A DNA stretch of 63,103 nucleotides, the filler included, from Octopus bimaculoides (taxonomy: Eukaryota), in the NCBI RefSeq assembly GCF_001194135.2. It is 5 parts of 4 records of this genome, joined end to end, with 100 filler letters (N's around TTAATTAATTAA, not from the genome) between each part and the next. Parts side by side here need not be neighbours in the genome. Positions count along the whole stretch, not along the records: positions 16,800 to 35,163 come from NC_068985.1; 4 more parts are not named here. One strand, written 5' to 3'. A model generated the notes under the pieces. It was not told where the DNA came from, ran no database searches, and was given only the letters and a program-made list of their open reading frames with translations. Of the stretch, positions 22,680 to 35,163 are shown piece by piece (positions within the stretch are counted from its first letter, which is position 1; the number at the start of each line of letters is the position of its first letter). The position numbers and the translations under genes were made by a program.

Positions 22680-23875
22680 CTTTGTCAGATTTTGAGGTGG
22701 TGTGTTCTAAATGTAGTCTCTATTTTCCTTGTTTTTATATCTAGTCTTACTAGTTCATTGAGCGTCCAACTGAAAATGTTATAACTTATCACTAGGGTTG
22801 ATAACATGCGGATACCTCTTACTCTGTGTTATTGCAACACTTTGCTCCGTTTTAGCAAGTAATCTAATCTGTAATCCCTCCTAATCTTTTCTTTCACTTG
22901 TATGTGTTATACACTATTTAGCTCGTTTCTGCCTTAGTGCTTGCATGTCGGTGTTTGATAAAGTTTTCTCGTCTCAGTTTCTTTATCTAACATCTTAATA
23001 TTCCTAGTTAAGTTTCGACCCTTCAAGATTGTCTTGGTGTAATTTTCTAGTCTGTATCTCATATCAATTTTTCTGAAAAATTTATGGCTATCTGCAGTAG
23101 TGTTTCTAGTTATTTATCATTAGCTGCATGTAACTTGGGGCCATGTCTATACAAAATATTGTCGAATATCTTACCCTCACTTTTGTATCTGAGCCCACTC
23201 CTGTTTAACGCATCGTTACATGCACACATCATACATAGAAGCATCCGTTTAAAGTTATCAATTCCAAACAGAAAACGAACGGAGTGAGGGAATCTTTCTG
23301 GAATATTCCTTTCCTAATTAATATCTATAAGATTATTTACCATTTACTCATGACAACTTTTTTTTATGTATCCTTTTATTGCTAGTGCTACCTTATTCAT
23401 GATTAGTAATTGCGAGATCCATGTGAGTAATACTTCCAAAATGAGACAACAATATCGCAGAGACTAAACACATAAGGCTCAAAGAGAATTCTTTTAAGAG
23501 ACTCACGTTGCACGCACCGTCATTCACGTCTGGACAAAACCACACAACATTTTCAAAGTATATTTGGGAATTGAGAGACAACGCAGCAGTAATTTCTGTT
23601 AAATAAAGCAGTAACATTTCATCGTTAATCAAAGCCATGAGAATTCCATCTCACAGAGAAGCTCTGTATCATCCACCGCCCTACACCAATCTTAATTGGA
23701 AAGAACCACCAATCCTTACCATTCTCATACAACTCTTTCTCTTTCCATAGTCTTCGATTATTGCTTTGTTGATTAATAGTTGATCTTTTATAGCTACTGG
23801 TTTTCTGTAGCATCTTTTCTGCTCTTCTGTTGTTATCTTTTATCATACGTTTAATCTCTGCGATATTATTGCAAC
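22680..23875 (-). mobile_element. R4/Dong-like reverse transcriptase relic
   Basis: KDQLLINKAIIED, ILYRHGPKLHAANDK*LETLL (degenerate YMDDLKLYAKND), FSWTLNELVRLDIKTRK..HH; trinucleotide runs on both sides. Confidence 0.7.
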
Positions 23876-23904
23876 TACGGCTTTATTATTATTATTATTA
23901 TTAT

Positions 23905-23946
<42 letters not shown>

Positions 23947-23947
23947 A

Positions 23948-24165
23948 TAAGGTGGCGAGCTGGCAGAGTCGTTAGCACTGGGCAAAATGCTTAGTGACAT
24001 TTTGTCTGTCTTTAAGTTCCGAGTTCAGATACCACCGAGGTTTACTTTACCTTTCATCCTTTTAGAGTCGATTAATAAGTACCAGCTGGATATTGGGGTC
24101 GATGTAATCGACTTGCCATCATTCTGCAGAATTGTTGGCCTTCTGCCAAAATTTGAAATCATTAT
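23948..24165 (+). mobile_element. SINE family A after (TTA)n(TAG)n
   Basis: GGTGGCGAGCTGGCAGAGTCGTTAGCAC head, body and GGCCTTCTGCCAAAATTTGAAATCATTATTATT tail. Confidence 0.88.
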
Positions 24166-24539
24166 TATTTATACTGGAAGCATGCGTGTCTTTTTGCTCG
24201 TAGATCTAATCTTTTAATCTGTGTCTCCAAAAGTTGTTTGTTTTGTGACCAAAGGCTTGTGAAAACCACTTCTGTTACATAGGTAACAATGAGATAATAC
24301 CAAAGACAAAGCCTAAAGTGTCAATAATAAAATGACGAGCACAAAAATCATGATCCAGGAAGAAAACAAAAGCAGCAGTTGCTTCGTCAGCTTAAACGGC
24401 AACATTTCCATTGTGAATTACAATACATTCGCAGCAACGGCAGCGAAAGGCACAGGGCTATATAGGATGGGAATCTTACAGACGAATATAAGTCTGGCCC
24501 AAACGGCCAAGCTGATAAGGCTGCAAAAAGTGCGAGCTA

Positions 24540-25630
24540 ATGATGCGCAGACATGCGCTGAGGCTGCGGCAGCTGCTGCGTTTCCTTAACGGTGAACAGT
24601 TGTGGTCACCGTTTGTCAGACAGGATTTTCTGCAGCTCGTCTCTCTGGATCAAGCGTAAACAAAGAAAGGGCGCTTGGCATCTCGAGTGTCGACAAGCTC
24701 TCACAGCATTCTGCCAGTCGGGCAATGCGATCGGTGTAAGCTCCACATTGGTGTTCTATAGAGGATTCGTGCAGGGCAAGAGCGACGACGTCCTCAGGGA
24801 AAATCTGGCATCGGGGGGGAGGGATCAATTAGCTGGTCTTTTTCCGGTGGACTTTCTGGCCGTGGCCTATGGATAATTTCCAGAAATTCATGGCTTGGCA
24901 GTGTCGCCGAGAAACTCTGCCGATTCGAGACAAGCTCTACAAGCACGGAAATGCTGTCAGATGGACATGTCCGAAATGTACACAGGGCGATGAAATCGTT
25001 CTGTATGCACTCGTCCAGTGTCCGTGCATGGCTGACTTGTGGAGCTTTGTCGAGCAGCTGTTGACGCGTGTAGGATGGGTCTGGTTATCAGCCGAGTCCG
25101 TCGTGACGATCGCTCCGCTGCTTTTTTTGGCCGGGAAGACAAGGCAGTTTTTCTCTGTCTGGTAGTTATGGCAAAAGAGGTAGAGTGGTGGTGGTCGAAG
25201 TTGAAAGGACTGAAGACAGATACTTTCCTTTTCGGCCAAATCCTCATCGACTTTTCAAGTTCCAGTTGAAAAGGAAAATGAAGGTGGAGAGGAGACGGCT
25301 GTTGAAAGGTGGGTAAATGTAGCGAGGATGGCCTGTGTATACAGGCCTACTCTGAGCATGCGCCTGTAGGCGAGGGCTGCTCGCCCGAGGTGTCCTTGGC
25401 GTTTGGAGTGCCCAGGATGTATAGGGCTCCTTGGCTGCCCCTGGGATGAGCTTCTCCACTTTTGGGGAATTTTATTGTTCGGTTTTTTATTGTTCATTGT
25501 TACTGTTTTCTTTTTCTATTTTTTTGTTTGTTTGTTTGTTTTTGCTCTTACGCGCATTATATGTAAATCCTCACTGTAGTTTATGTTTTATCGTCCTTTG
25601 TGTGCGGTCATTGTTGCTAATAAAAAGATA
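24540..25630 (+). mobile_element. 5'-truncated Tx1/L1-like LINE 3' end
   Basis: MRRHALRLRQLLRFL..W, LPIRDKL..CPKC..VLYALVQC (zf-RVT-like), EVEWW..KLKGL, T-rich UTR, AATAAA at 25619 followed by (ATC)/(ATT)n. Confidence 0.8.
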
Positions 25631-25642
25631 TTATCATCATCA

Positions 25643-25706
<64 letters not shown>

Positions 25707-25845
25707 CATCCTCATCATTTTATGTTTATATTGTGGCTTTCCATTGTTATTCTTACCTGATCTGAAACCACAAAACTTCTGTATGTTGCCCTTCTGACCT
25801 CTCAGGTGTCCACCTCTCATGAAACAAAATAGGCTATTATTATTA

Positions 25846-25887
<42 letters not shown>

Positions 25888-26489
25888 AACCAGCATAGAC
25901 GTCGTCATTTTCTGTGTAATTTTATATTTTGTCAGTATGATATTGAAATGCGGAACAAACACGATATAGTGTGCAGATTCTTTTTCTTTGAAAGTAAGTC
26001 CGTCATATGTTCTCTGTTTTCTTGCATTTTTAAATATTCATCCACTTATTTGGCAATTTGATATTTGAACAAGAAAACAATGGCACTTTTATGTTGCATG
26101 TTTAACTGGGTACACTCCCATCTACCCACTCTATTCGACCTAGAGCTAAACAAACTTTACACACCTCCGCAAGAACGTAGATATAGTTTCATACACAATA
26201 CATCACGCCACACACACACATCCTTCTACTGTTCTTTAATCTCTGCTGTATAAATTCTTTATCTCTGTTTACATCAGCTAAAATCCTAGTTTTGCAACTA
26301 CAACATCAACAACAATAATCCAGAGAATATTTTTTATAAAAAAAGACAATTACGACACTCAGTAACATAGATAGAGTATAGTACACCCATTATTAACTAC
26401 GTTATTGATTCTAGAACTCATAAAACCGGAGCTTAGCTCGTTTTCCATGATGTATAATTTACTGAAACCAAAACCTTCACACCTTTGAA

Positions 26490-26680
26490 CGGAACACCGG
26501 TCTGTGCATGGTTAACTTTCTCGCTATTGCTGGGACTCATTTACATTTAAGTGGGCAGAGACAAAGTGATATGATGTGTCTTGCTCAAGAACATAACTCG
26601 TCGCCCGGTCCGGGTATCGAAACTGCGATTGCACGATCATGAACACAACACTCCTAATCACTAGGACACGAGCCTTCATA
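26490..26680 (-). mobile_element. CORE-type tRNA SINE fragment
   Basis: GTGTCTTGCTCAAGAACATAAC..CCGGGTATCGAAAC, reverse of the head and body at 34415. Confidence 0.55.
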
Positions 26681-26724
26681 CCTACACAAAGAAGACAAAA
26701 CTACAATGATATTGATTTTCTAAA

Positions 26725-27060
26725 TTTTAACACAAGGCCAGCAATTTCAAGGAGGGGCTAAGTCGATTACATTGACCCAGTACTCAAAGGCAAAGTCGAC
26801 CTAGGCGTAATTTCAACTCACAACGCAAAGACGGACGAAATGCCGCTAAACATTTTGCCCGGCGTGCTAACGGTTCTGCCAGCTCGCCGCCTTAATTACA
26901 ATGATAACATCTTACGCCTCCTCAATGATCACAACACAAACAGATATCTTTTAGTCATTGAACTGCGGCCTTGCTTGAGCACCGCTTTGAAGGGTTTAAG
27001 CCGAACAAATCGACCCCAATACTTATTTTTTTACTTCCGGTCCTTATTCTATCAATTCGT
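26725..27060 (-). mobile_element. Family A SINE (26725-26893) followed by a family B tail
   Basis: GCCGGCGTGCTAACGGTTCTGCCAGCTCGCCGCC head in reverse; CAAATCGACCCC block. Confidence 0.8.
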
Positions 27061-27489
27061 TTTTTTTTTTTTATATATATAATTTCCTTCTGTTTATATC
27101 TTCTTGCGATAAATTTTTGATTAAAGCTTTTAAATCACTTGTATCTTATCCATACTATCGTATTCTGAAGTCCCGAGCCCCACCAAAATATTACCATGCC
27201 GTGCCGTTGGAGAATGAGCCCCCACTTTGAGAAACACTAATCTACTGAGCTGGGATTCAGCTAGGTGGAGGCGTGGTATAATACGGATAGGAGGGAATTT
27301 CGTTCGCCGACCCAAACCACATATATGCATGCCATAGTCGATCAGCACTGATCTAGGGTTACACAACAATAACAACATCAGCATCGACAAGGGTGTATTT
27401 TAAATTTTGAAGAGAGAAAGATGAAACCTAATGTAACGGATAACGGAGAAATGAGTAAAAGAAAGAAGGAAGGGAGAGAATAGATAAAT

Positions 27490-27695
27490 ATTGATTTCAA
27501 ATTTTAGCCCAGAGTCAGCAAGTTCTGGCTAAGTCAATTATATTGACCCCGGTGCTCAACTTGTATTTATTTTATCGACCCCGAAAGGATGAAAAGCATA
27601 ATCAATCTCAGCAGAATTTGTACGTAAAGACGGACGAAATGCCGCTAAGCATTTTGCCCAGCGCGCTAGCAATTCTGCCGGCTCGATGCCTTCGA
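27490..27695 (-). mobile_element. SINE family A copy
   Basis: TTTATCGACCCCGAAAGGATGAAA..GACGGACGAAATGCCGCTAAGC. Confidence 0.8.
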
Positions 27696-28002
27696 ATAGA
27701 TAAATAGATAAATAGATATAAAATGGTATAAAGGTAGGTGTTGACCGAAATACAACAATGTAAAGCTTGAAGAAAATAAGAGGTCAACCGTTAGAAAATG
27801 CAAACACTGCCGCCTTTCTGATTTTTAAAGGTGACTTCAAAGACGTCATACACAGGCGCATACACACACGTACACACACACACAAACACGTTTATACTTA
27901 CATCTATGTGTGTGGAGGGGGAAACGCATCTATGTACGTCACTACAAAACAATTATACAATTATACGTACACATATACAAACATACATACATACGCATTC
28001 AT

Positions 28003-28042
<40 letters not shown>

Positions 28043-28251
28043 GCAGTCGTACATGCATACACAACTTATACAAATATAAACACATTCATACTTACATACA
28101 TGTATATGCAAACATAAACACACAAACACATACATGCATACATGCATATACATACATAGACTCATACATACCTACATATATACATACATACATACATACA
28201 TACACACTTAAACACTTTCATACATATATCCATACATACAAACACTCATTC

Positions 28252-28299
<48 letters not shown>

Positions 28300-28639
28300 G
28301 AGACGGAAGAAATAACTAAAAGACATTATGTGACGCAGTGAACATAATGAAACGGAAGGTATCAACAAATATGCCGAATTCTCGATCCGGTTTCGATTCT
28401 GTCTGCTTCCTTGATGTACAACGATAAAAAAAAAACACATCACAGCTTCTATGTATTCACTCCACCTCCAAATACTCCCTCTAATCGGTTCTATGCTGAA
28501 ACCAATCGCAATACTCACCCATTGATGGATACTGGGGATTACGAATGTCGATAAATCCTTTATCACAGTGGATGTTTCTAGGGAATATCTCGGACGATGG
28601 CTTTACTTGATTTTGCTCCACACCTTAGTTAGATTTTCC

Positions 28640-29035
28640 TATATACTGGCAGTTTGGTAAGGAGCTTGCTTCCCAACTACATGGCTCCAGGTTCAATCCC
28701 ACTGCGTGGCACCTTGGACTATAGCCTCGGACAGATCAAAGCCTTGTGTGAGTGGATTTAGTAGACAGAAAGTGAAAGAAGCTCGTCGTATATTTATATA
28801 AAGGCGGTGCTCCAGCATGGCTGCAGTCAAGTGACTGAAACAAATGAAAGAATAAAAGAATGTGTGTGCGCGCGCGTGTGTCCTCCATCGCTTGACAACC
28901 GATGCTGGTGTGTTTATGTCACCCGTAACTGATAGAATAAGTACTAGGCTTACAAAGAATAAGTTCTGGGATCGATTTCTTCGACTAAAACCCATTAAGA
29001 CGGTGCTCCGGCATGGCCGAAGTCAAATGACATAT
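28640..29035 (+). mobile_element. SINE family B with a second B tail inserted in its central repeat
   Basis: GGTTCAATCCC B box; GGCGGTGCTCCAGCATGGC appears at 28803 and again at about 29000. Confidence 0.8.
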
Positions 29036-29039
29036 ATAC

Positions 29040-29330
29040 ATAACGGGCTCTCGCATCGAAGACGACGTATGAATGTTGACCTTTGCCGAACGACCTGCAC
29101 AAATGATTTGTTTATACTGGTTAAATATATGTGCTGCACATTAGCCCTCTCTCTCCATCAAATCGACGTTGTCTGAACAGGTGAAGTGTGTACCACGCGT
29201 CAGATGTCGAAGTGACCGCAGAGCAACGCGTAATGAAGTATTTTGTTCAAGAACACAACGCACTCCCCGGTCTAGGAACTGAAATAACGATCTCAGGATC
29301 GTCAATAAAACACCCTAACAATTAGGCCAT
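29040..29330 (-). mobile_element. CORE-type SINE, decayed
   Basis: TTTTGTTCAAGAACACAACGCACTCCCCGGTCTAGGAA head in reverse. Confidence 0.55.
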
Positions 29331-29502
29331 ATGTGTGTGTGTGTGTGTGTGTGTGTACAGGGCGGACCAGAAGTCACGCACCAAAAAAAATTCACTTCGC
29401 TCCAGAATTGTCAGACATGAATCAGTTTTCCTAATATTGACTAAAATAGATAAAATGATGATGAATACGCACCTACTTGCACATGATGAAGAAAATGAAT
29501 AA

Positions 29503-29606
29503 TACTCTTTTAGACTCTTTTGCCGAACCGCTAAGTTACGGGGACAGTAAACACACCAGCATCGGTTGTCAAGCGATGTTGGGGGGACAAACACAGACAC
29601 ACAAAC

Positions 29607-29664
<58 letters not shown>

Positions 29665-29831
29665 GCGTGACGGGCTTCTTTCAGTTTCCGTCTACCAAAT
29701 CCACTCACAAGGCTTTAGTCGGCTTGAGGCTATAGTAGAAGACACTTGCCCAAGGTGCCACGTAGTGGGACTGAACCCGGAACCATGTGGTTGGTAAGCA
29801 AGCTACTTACCACACAGCCACTCCTGCGCCT
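29503..29831 (-). mobile_element. Well-preserved SINE family B with central (TA)n
   Basis: Ends CTTACCACACAGCCACTCCTGCGCCT; contains GGGACTGAACCCGG (reverse B box). Confidence 0.92.
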
Positions 29832-30029
29832 CTCAAAATTATGCGACATACAGGTGGAGTAGTCAACAAGTGATCCTCTATGTGGCCTCTCAACCTACTA
29901 GAAACAGTAGCTAAGCTTTCGTTAAATCAGACACTTCCGTCTTTTGAAATCACAATTATTGATACAATAGGCTGGTGTTAAATGCAACGGGATGTAGTCG
30001 TAGCATTATCCAACTCACCTCAAAAATTC

Positions 30030-30195
30030 GCGTCACGCCCGCAGACTATACGCGTTACACCCATGAACTATATGCACACACCTGCAGACTATTCGTTACA
30101 CAAGTGTGGACTATATACAACCACTTGCGCTCTATACGCGACACACCTGCCGATTATTCATAATGCACCTGCGGACAATTCACAATATACCTGAG
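30030..30195. repeat. Degenerate 20-23 bp minisatellite, CACCTGCAGACTAT-like unit
   Basis: About seven diverged units: CCCGCAGACTAT, CCTGCAGACTAT, GTGGACTAT, CCTGCCGATTAT, CCTGCGGACAAT. Confidence 0.65.
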
Positions 30196-30494
30196 GTGTA
30201 ATGACTTGTAGGAACACCGTATTTCGTTATGCAACCATAATATATTACAGAGTATACTAAATGCTTTATATGTCAATACTGTGTCCTACTGTGTTAGCAG
30301 TGCTATTAAATCACATGTTTAGGCAGCCTTGGATTAACCATTGGGCAAAATAAGCACGTGCTTAGGGCTTCAAAGGAAGGAGAGGGCACCACAGAAATAG
30401 TAAATGGCTTAAGGCACAAAAGAAATCACTTTAAACTTGCTGAAATAATATATAGAGCGTTCGAGATAATTTGACTATTTTTTTTAATGTTTCC

Positions 30495-30650
30495 TTTTTT
30501 TCAGGAACAGCTTGATCTCCTTGATCTTGGTCACCAGTTCGGCCTTTGGTGTTGCAAGCAGAGTGGTTCGTCTCTTTTTCCCCTATTGTAATCCTATGGA
30601 TTACTATGTGTGGGGCTCGGTTGAAAAAGAGACGAACCTTCAACATCAAA
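30495..30650. mobile_element. maT/mariner-like transposase fragment with internal inversion
   Basis: Plus NPMDYYVWGSVEKETN; minus EKETNHSACNTK then AELVTKIKE after a 1-nt shift. Confidence 0.65.
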
Positions 30651-30672
30651 AGCCGAATAATTTTATTTAAAT

Positions 30673-30810
30673 AGGCGCAGGCGTGGCTGTATGGTAAAAA
30701 GCTTGCTTCCCAACCACATGATTCGGGTTCAGTCTCTTTGCGTGGCACCTAGGGCAAGTGTCTTACACAATAGCCTTGGGCCCAACAAGGAAACTGAAAG
30801 AAGCCCGTCG

Positions 30811-30842
<32 letters not shown>

Positions 30843-31060
30843 GTGAGCAAAAAGTGTACGTACGTATTTGTGTATATAAATTAAAAATACGGAATAAGAG
30901 CATAAGATCGTAACGGGCGACAATAAAAGCATACGGACAGATAGACGACACAAAGACGGACAGGGAAAACTCAGGACGGATCATTCGTGGCCCTCTACTG
31001 ATCAGTCAAGCTTCCAATTATCATTACAGTTTCGGCCTTTTACACATGAGAGTGTTCAAA

Positions 31061-31100
<40 letters not shown>

Positions 31101-31257
31101 CCCCCACCATCACTTGACAACCGATGTTGGTGTGTTACTAGGCTTACAAAGAATAAGTCCTGGGACCGATTTGTTCGACTAAAAACAACCCTCAAATGTA
31201 GTGCTCCAGCATGGCTGCAGTCGAATAACTGAAACAAATAAAAGAATAAAAGGATGA
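30673..31257 (+). mobile_element. SINE family B split by about 200 bp of unrelated DNA in its central microsatellite
   Basis: Head GGCGCAGGCGTGGCTGTATGGTAA; tail resumes after (GT)n at about 31100 with CTTGACAACCGATG..GCTCCAGCATGGC. Confidence 0.82.
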
Positions 31258-32734
31258 AAGAATATATATATCGTGAAGTATATTTGCCACCTAAATGTGG
31301 TGGTCCCATAGGGGACGATTCTACTGTTGTTTATAGCCCCAGGAGGACATCTCCACCAGCTGGCTAAGGACACACTGTCTGTGTCTGATTAGTATTTGCA
31401 AAGGGAAATCATCATTCCCATCTCTAGCCTTACGTGATACACACAGACACGGGTTTCTTGGCAGTAACCCGTTATTAGTGTGTGATGATCACCAGCTATT
31501 TCTTTATTACAGGCACAATGCCTAAACGCAGAGGGGACATACACAGACATGCGGGAACAAAAAACACATGAAAGGATGAATATAAAATGAATTAAATTAC
31601 AATGGATATGAGACGGTTTTCTCGGTCCTGATGATCACCAGCTAGCGATGAGAGCTCCTTCCAAACGCTAAATATTATATGCTTTTTTCCAGTGACAAAC
31701 TGTCGCTGATCTAGAAGAAGGAGAATTAAGCAATATCATATCTTTGAGCCAGAAGTAAATAATTCCAGCACGGAATCCTGAAGTATATTTGCCACCTAAA
31801 TGTGGTGATCTCATACATAAAGTGGACTCTCTTAAAAAGGACAAGGCAACAGTAAAAGAAGAAAACAGTCCGAAATAGAAAAACTTTGCATTGCATCACA
31901 GAGTTTCTCATAACGGAGCTTATTCACCACCGTAGGGCGTGTTACTTCACTTCGGAATTAAATATATGTAACAAGTGAATAAAACTTGCAATAAAAATTT
32001 AATAAAAAGTTTTGAATGTATGCGTTTGGGTGTGTGTGTGTGTGTTTCTGTGTGTTATATACACTTAGTCCAGTCATGGTGGAATACACTGTTTTATTCC
32101 TATGTTATTTTGCTTTTGGAAAATCGCTATGGTGCGTGAGACAAAAACGGCTGAGAAACAGGTTTAAAACACGTCAACAACAACCACCACCAACACCACA
32201 CAATACCCTCACTCTCTAATAAAATTTATTTATTACATTCTACTTCAACAACAGCCAAAACACTTACCCACAGTTAATTTCACCATTTTCTTTGTCGCTC
32301 CTTATAACAATTCCTTTTCCTCCACCCTTAATCACCTCAACACAGAAAATACCCAACATTACAAACCTCTGTTATTTTTATGACTCTACAAACTCTATTT
32401 AACCAGATTAGTTTGTCTATTCATTTTATTTATCATAAATTCGTCAGTGTTATATTTACAGTTCTATATATTTTTATAACTTATTTACTCAATACTTACC
32501 AATGATTTAACGGTTTATTTATTTATTTATTTTTTGGTTTCTCACTCCACTCAAATACTTATTCCTTTAATAACTTCCACAAGATTTTAATAACCCAAAA
32601 ATATGCTCCTTAAATTGCCATTAGCTCTTTATTAAATGTTTCTATTGATATACATTTTTTATGAAGATCTTTTTATCTTTCGCGTTCTTATTTAGATGTT
32701 TGTATGTTGGCGTATATTAATGCATCAAATATAT

Positions 32735-33337
32735 ACCTTTCCTATTATAAGCACAAGGCCTGAAACTTTAGAAGAGGTAGGGGGAAGGGGCAGTTAATTA
32801 TATTGAATCAAGCCCGAATGGGATGTAAGGTAAAGTCGACCGACCTCAGCGGAATTTGAACTGAGAATGTAAAGAGGGAAGAAAAGCTGCTGAGTATTTT
32901 GTCCAGCGTGGTAACCATTCTGTGGAGGCGCAATGGCCCAGTCGTTAGGGCAGCGGACTCGCGGCTATAGGATCGCGGTTTCGATTCCCAGACCGGGCGT
33001 TGTGAGTGTTTATTGAGCGAAAACACCTAAAGCTCCACGAGGCTCCGGCAAGGGATGGTGGCGAACCCTGCTGTACTCTTTCACCACAACTTTCTCTCAT
33101 TCTTACTTCTTGTTTCTGTTGTGCCTGTAATTCAAAGGGTCAGCCTTGTCACACTGTGTCACGCTGAATATCCCCGAGAACTGCGTTAAGGGTACACGTG
33201 TCTGCGGAGTGCTCAGCCACTTTCACGTTAATTTCACGAGCTGGCTGTTCCGTTGATTGGATCAACTGGAACCCTCGACGTCGTAAGCGACGGAGTGCCA
33301 ACAACAAAAGGTAACTATTCTACCAACTTGCCGCTTT
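32735..33337 (-). mobile_element. Family A SINE whose head is split by a family C insertion
   Basis: Body 32735-32921; head resumes at 33310 GGTAACTATTCTACCAACTTGCCGC. Confidence 0.75.
32924..33307 (+). mobile_element. Full-length SINE family C
   Basis: A-box-like TGGCCCAGTCG, B box GGTTTCGATTCC, (ACA)n tail; flanking GGTAAC(C/T)ATTCT duplication. Confidence 0.92.
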
Positions 33338-33364
33338 ATATTATTGCATCATATCATTTATACA

Positions 33365-33580
33365 GGCTTCAAATTTTGGCACAAGGCCAGCAATTTCAGC
33401 GAGGGGATAAGTTAAGTACATTGACCCCAGTGCTCAAACTGTTACTTATTTTATCGACTCCGAAAGGATGAAAGGTAAAGTCGACCTCGGCGGAATTTGA
33501 CCTCAAAACGTATAGACGGACGAAATGCAGCCAAGCATTTCGCCCGGCGTGATAACGATTCTGCCAGCTCGTCACCTTAA
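33365..33580 (-). mobile_element. SINE family A copy
   Basis: Complete reverse body and head ending ATTCTGCCAGCTCGTCACC. Confidence 0.9.
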
Positions 33581-33589
33581 TAATAATAA

Positions 33590-33620
<31 letters not shown>

Positions 33621-33623
33621 AAG

Positions 33624-34075
33624 AAACGAGAAAGCAACTATACTCTGGGATATGCCAATACACACAGATAGAGAAATTAAGGCAAATAGACCAGATATAG
33701 TTGTCAAAGATCATGAAGAAAAAAAAAATGCTTTCTAATTGATGTATCAATACCAGCAGATGACAACGTNNNNNNNNNNGAATCTAAAAACAGAAACACT
33801 TCCTATCATAGTAGATGCCTTAGGTATAATAAAAAAATATTCAGACAAATACATAACAAAAACACCAGGACTTACAAATATATATAACAAACAGAAAATT
33901 GCACTACTGGGCACTGCACACATCCTACGCAAAACACTTTCAATACAGTAACCATAAGAGCATCACAGTAAACCACAGCACATACCCAAGGCACACAGAG
34001 CTGCACTCGGTAGTGAAGTGAAAGCACGTTATAAAAATAAAACTACTGAACAATAATAATAATAATAATAATAAT
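33624..34075 (+). mobile_element. 5'-truncated R4/Dong-like LINE 3' end
   Basis: ATILWDMPIHTDREIKANRPDIVVKD..LIDVSIP (PD..D nuclease core), IQ/KIALLGTAHILRKTL*, 3' UTR and (AAT)n tail. Confidence 0.88.
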
Positions 34076-34414
34076 CCTTTCTACTGTAGGCACAAGGCCT
34101 GAAATTTTGGGCACGGGGCTAGTTGATAATAATAATACCCGTAAAGGTGCATAGGTATTTACAGGATAATTAGCTTTTGTTAGAAACCCGATATATTAGA
34201 TTTTTTGAAATAAGAAAGAAAGAAAATCTGTAATAATAGTTATTAAGACAAGCAAATGATATCTCTCTTAACAGAGGTGATATTCGGTATTAGATAAAAA
34301 GTCTTCACCCGTATCATTTATCACGAACACACACAACAGACCATTGAAAAGAACAGATAGAATAAACATGTCTATTTTTTATTGTTTATTTTAACATTTA
34401 CATTAGATATAGTG

Positions 34415-34748
34415 AAGGCGCATGACTCAGTGTGTAGGGCATCAGGCTTACAATCGTCAGGTTGAGTTCGATTCCCAGACCGCGCCGTGTGTTGTGTTGT
34501 GTTCTTGGGCAATCACTTTATTTCATTTTCCTCCAGTTTGCTTAACTGTAGGAATGAGTTGTGACGTCACTGGTGCCAAACCGTATCAACCTTTGCCTTT
34601 CTGTTGGATAACATCGGTGCCGTGGAGAGGGGAAGGCTAGTATGCATGGGCGACAACCGGTCTTCCATAAACAACTTTGCTCTGACTTGTGCCTCGGAGT
34701 GGAACTTTCTAGCTGCAACCCCGTGGACATTCATGACCGAAGCCGGTA
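34415..34748 (+). mobile_element. CORE-type tRNA SINE
   Basis: GGCGCATGACTCAGTG head, GAGTTCGATTCCC B box, GTGTTCTTGGGCAATCACTTTATTTC CORE-like block. Confidence 0.7.
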
Positions 34749-35077
34749 GTTACCCATACCCTTTACTTTAAAAATAACCTATCTGTCGTTCTGATGACTC
34801 ACCAGCTCCAATACTTGCCTATGTCATAATCTCTTTCAGTCATTCTCCTTCTTCAGTTACACCTTATTTCCTTTGTAACTTTAGCACACATACAGGGTTG
34901 GCCAACTAAATGAATTTTAATGAAAGCATCTACATATGAAACATCATAGAAATTGCTCGAACTGAAGTCCTTCTTCAGCGACACATTTTTCCATTCGAAT
35001 CAATACAGAATTACAGAGAGTATTAATGGAATTTTGATTTACTGTCGGGTGACTTTTGGCCAAACCTGTACACGCCG

Positions 35078-35108
<31 letters not shown>

Positions 35109-35114
35109 TCTCTG

Positions 35115-35163
<49 letters not shown>

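Noticed and set aside
24340-24540. RNase H-like ADKAAK peptide upstream of the Tx1-like 3' end
   Set aside because: Only six residues match, spacing to the expected upstream motif is wrong and there is an in-frame stop.
28340-28620. Possible CRE-like RT relic (FLDV, GSMLKP, YL-DDG)
   Set aside because: Each motif needs a different frame; too degenerate to support without a profile search.
31620-31670. CTGATGA as another hammerhead
   Set aside because: No helix II followed by GAAA downstream.
32924-32990. tRNA genes at SINE heads
   Set aside because: A/B boxes are present but acceptor stems are not closed and each head continues into a SINE body.
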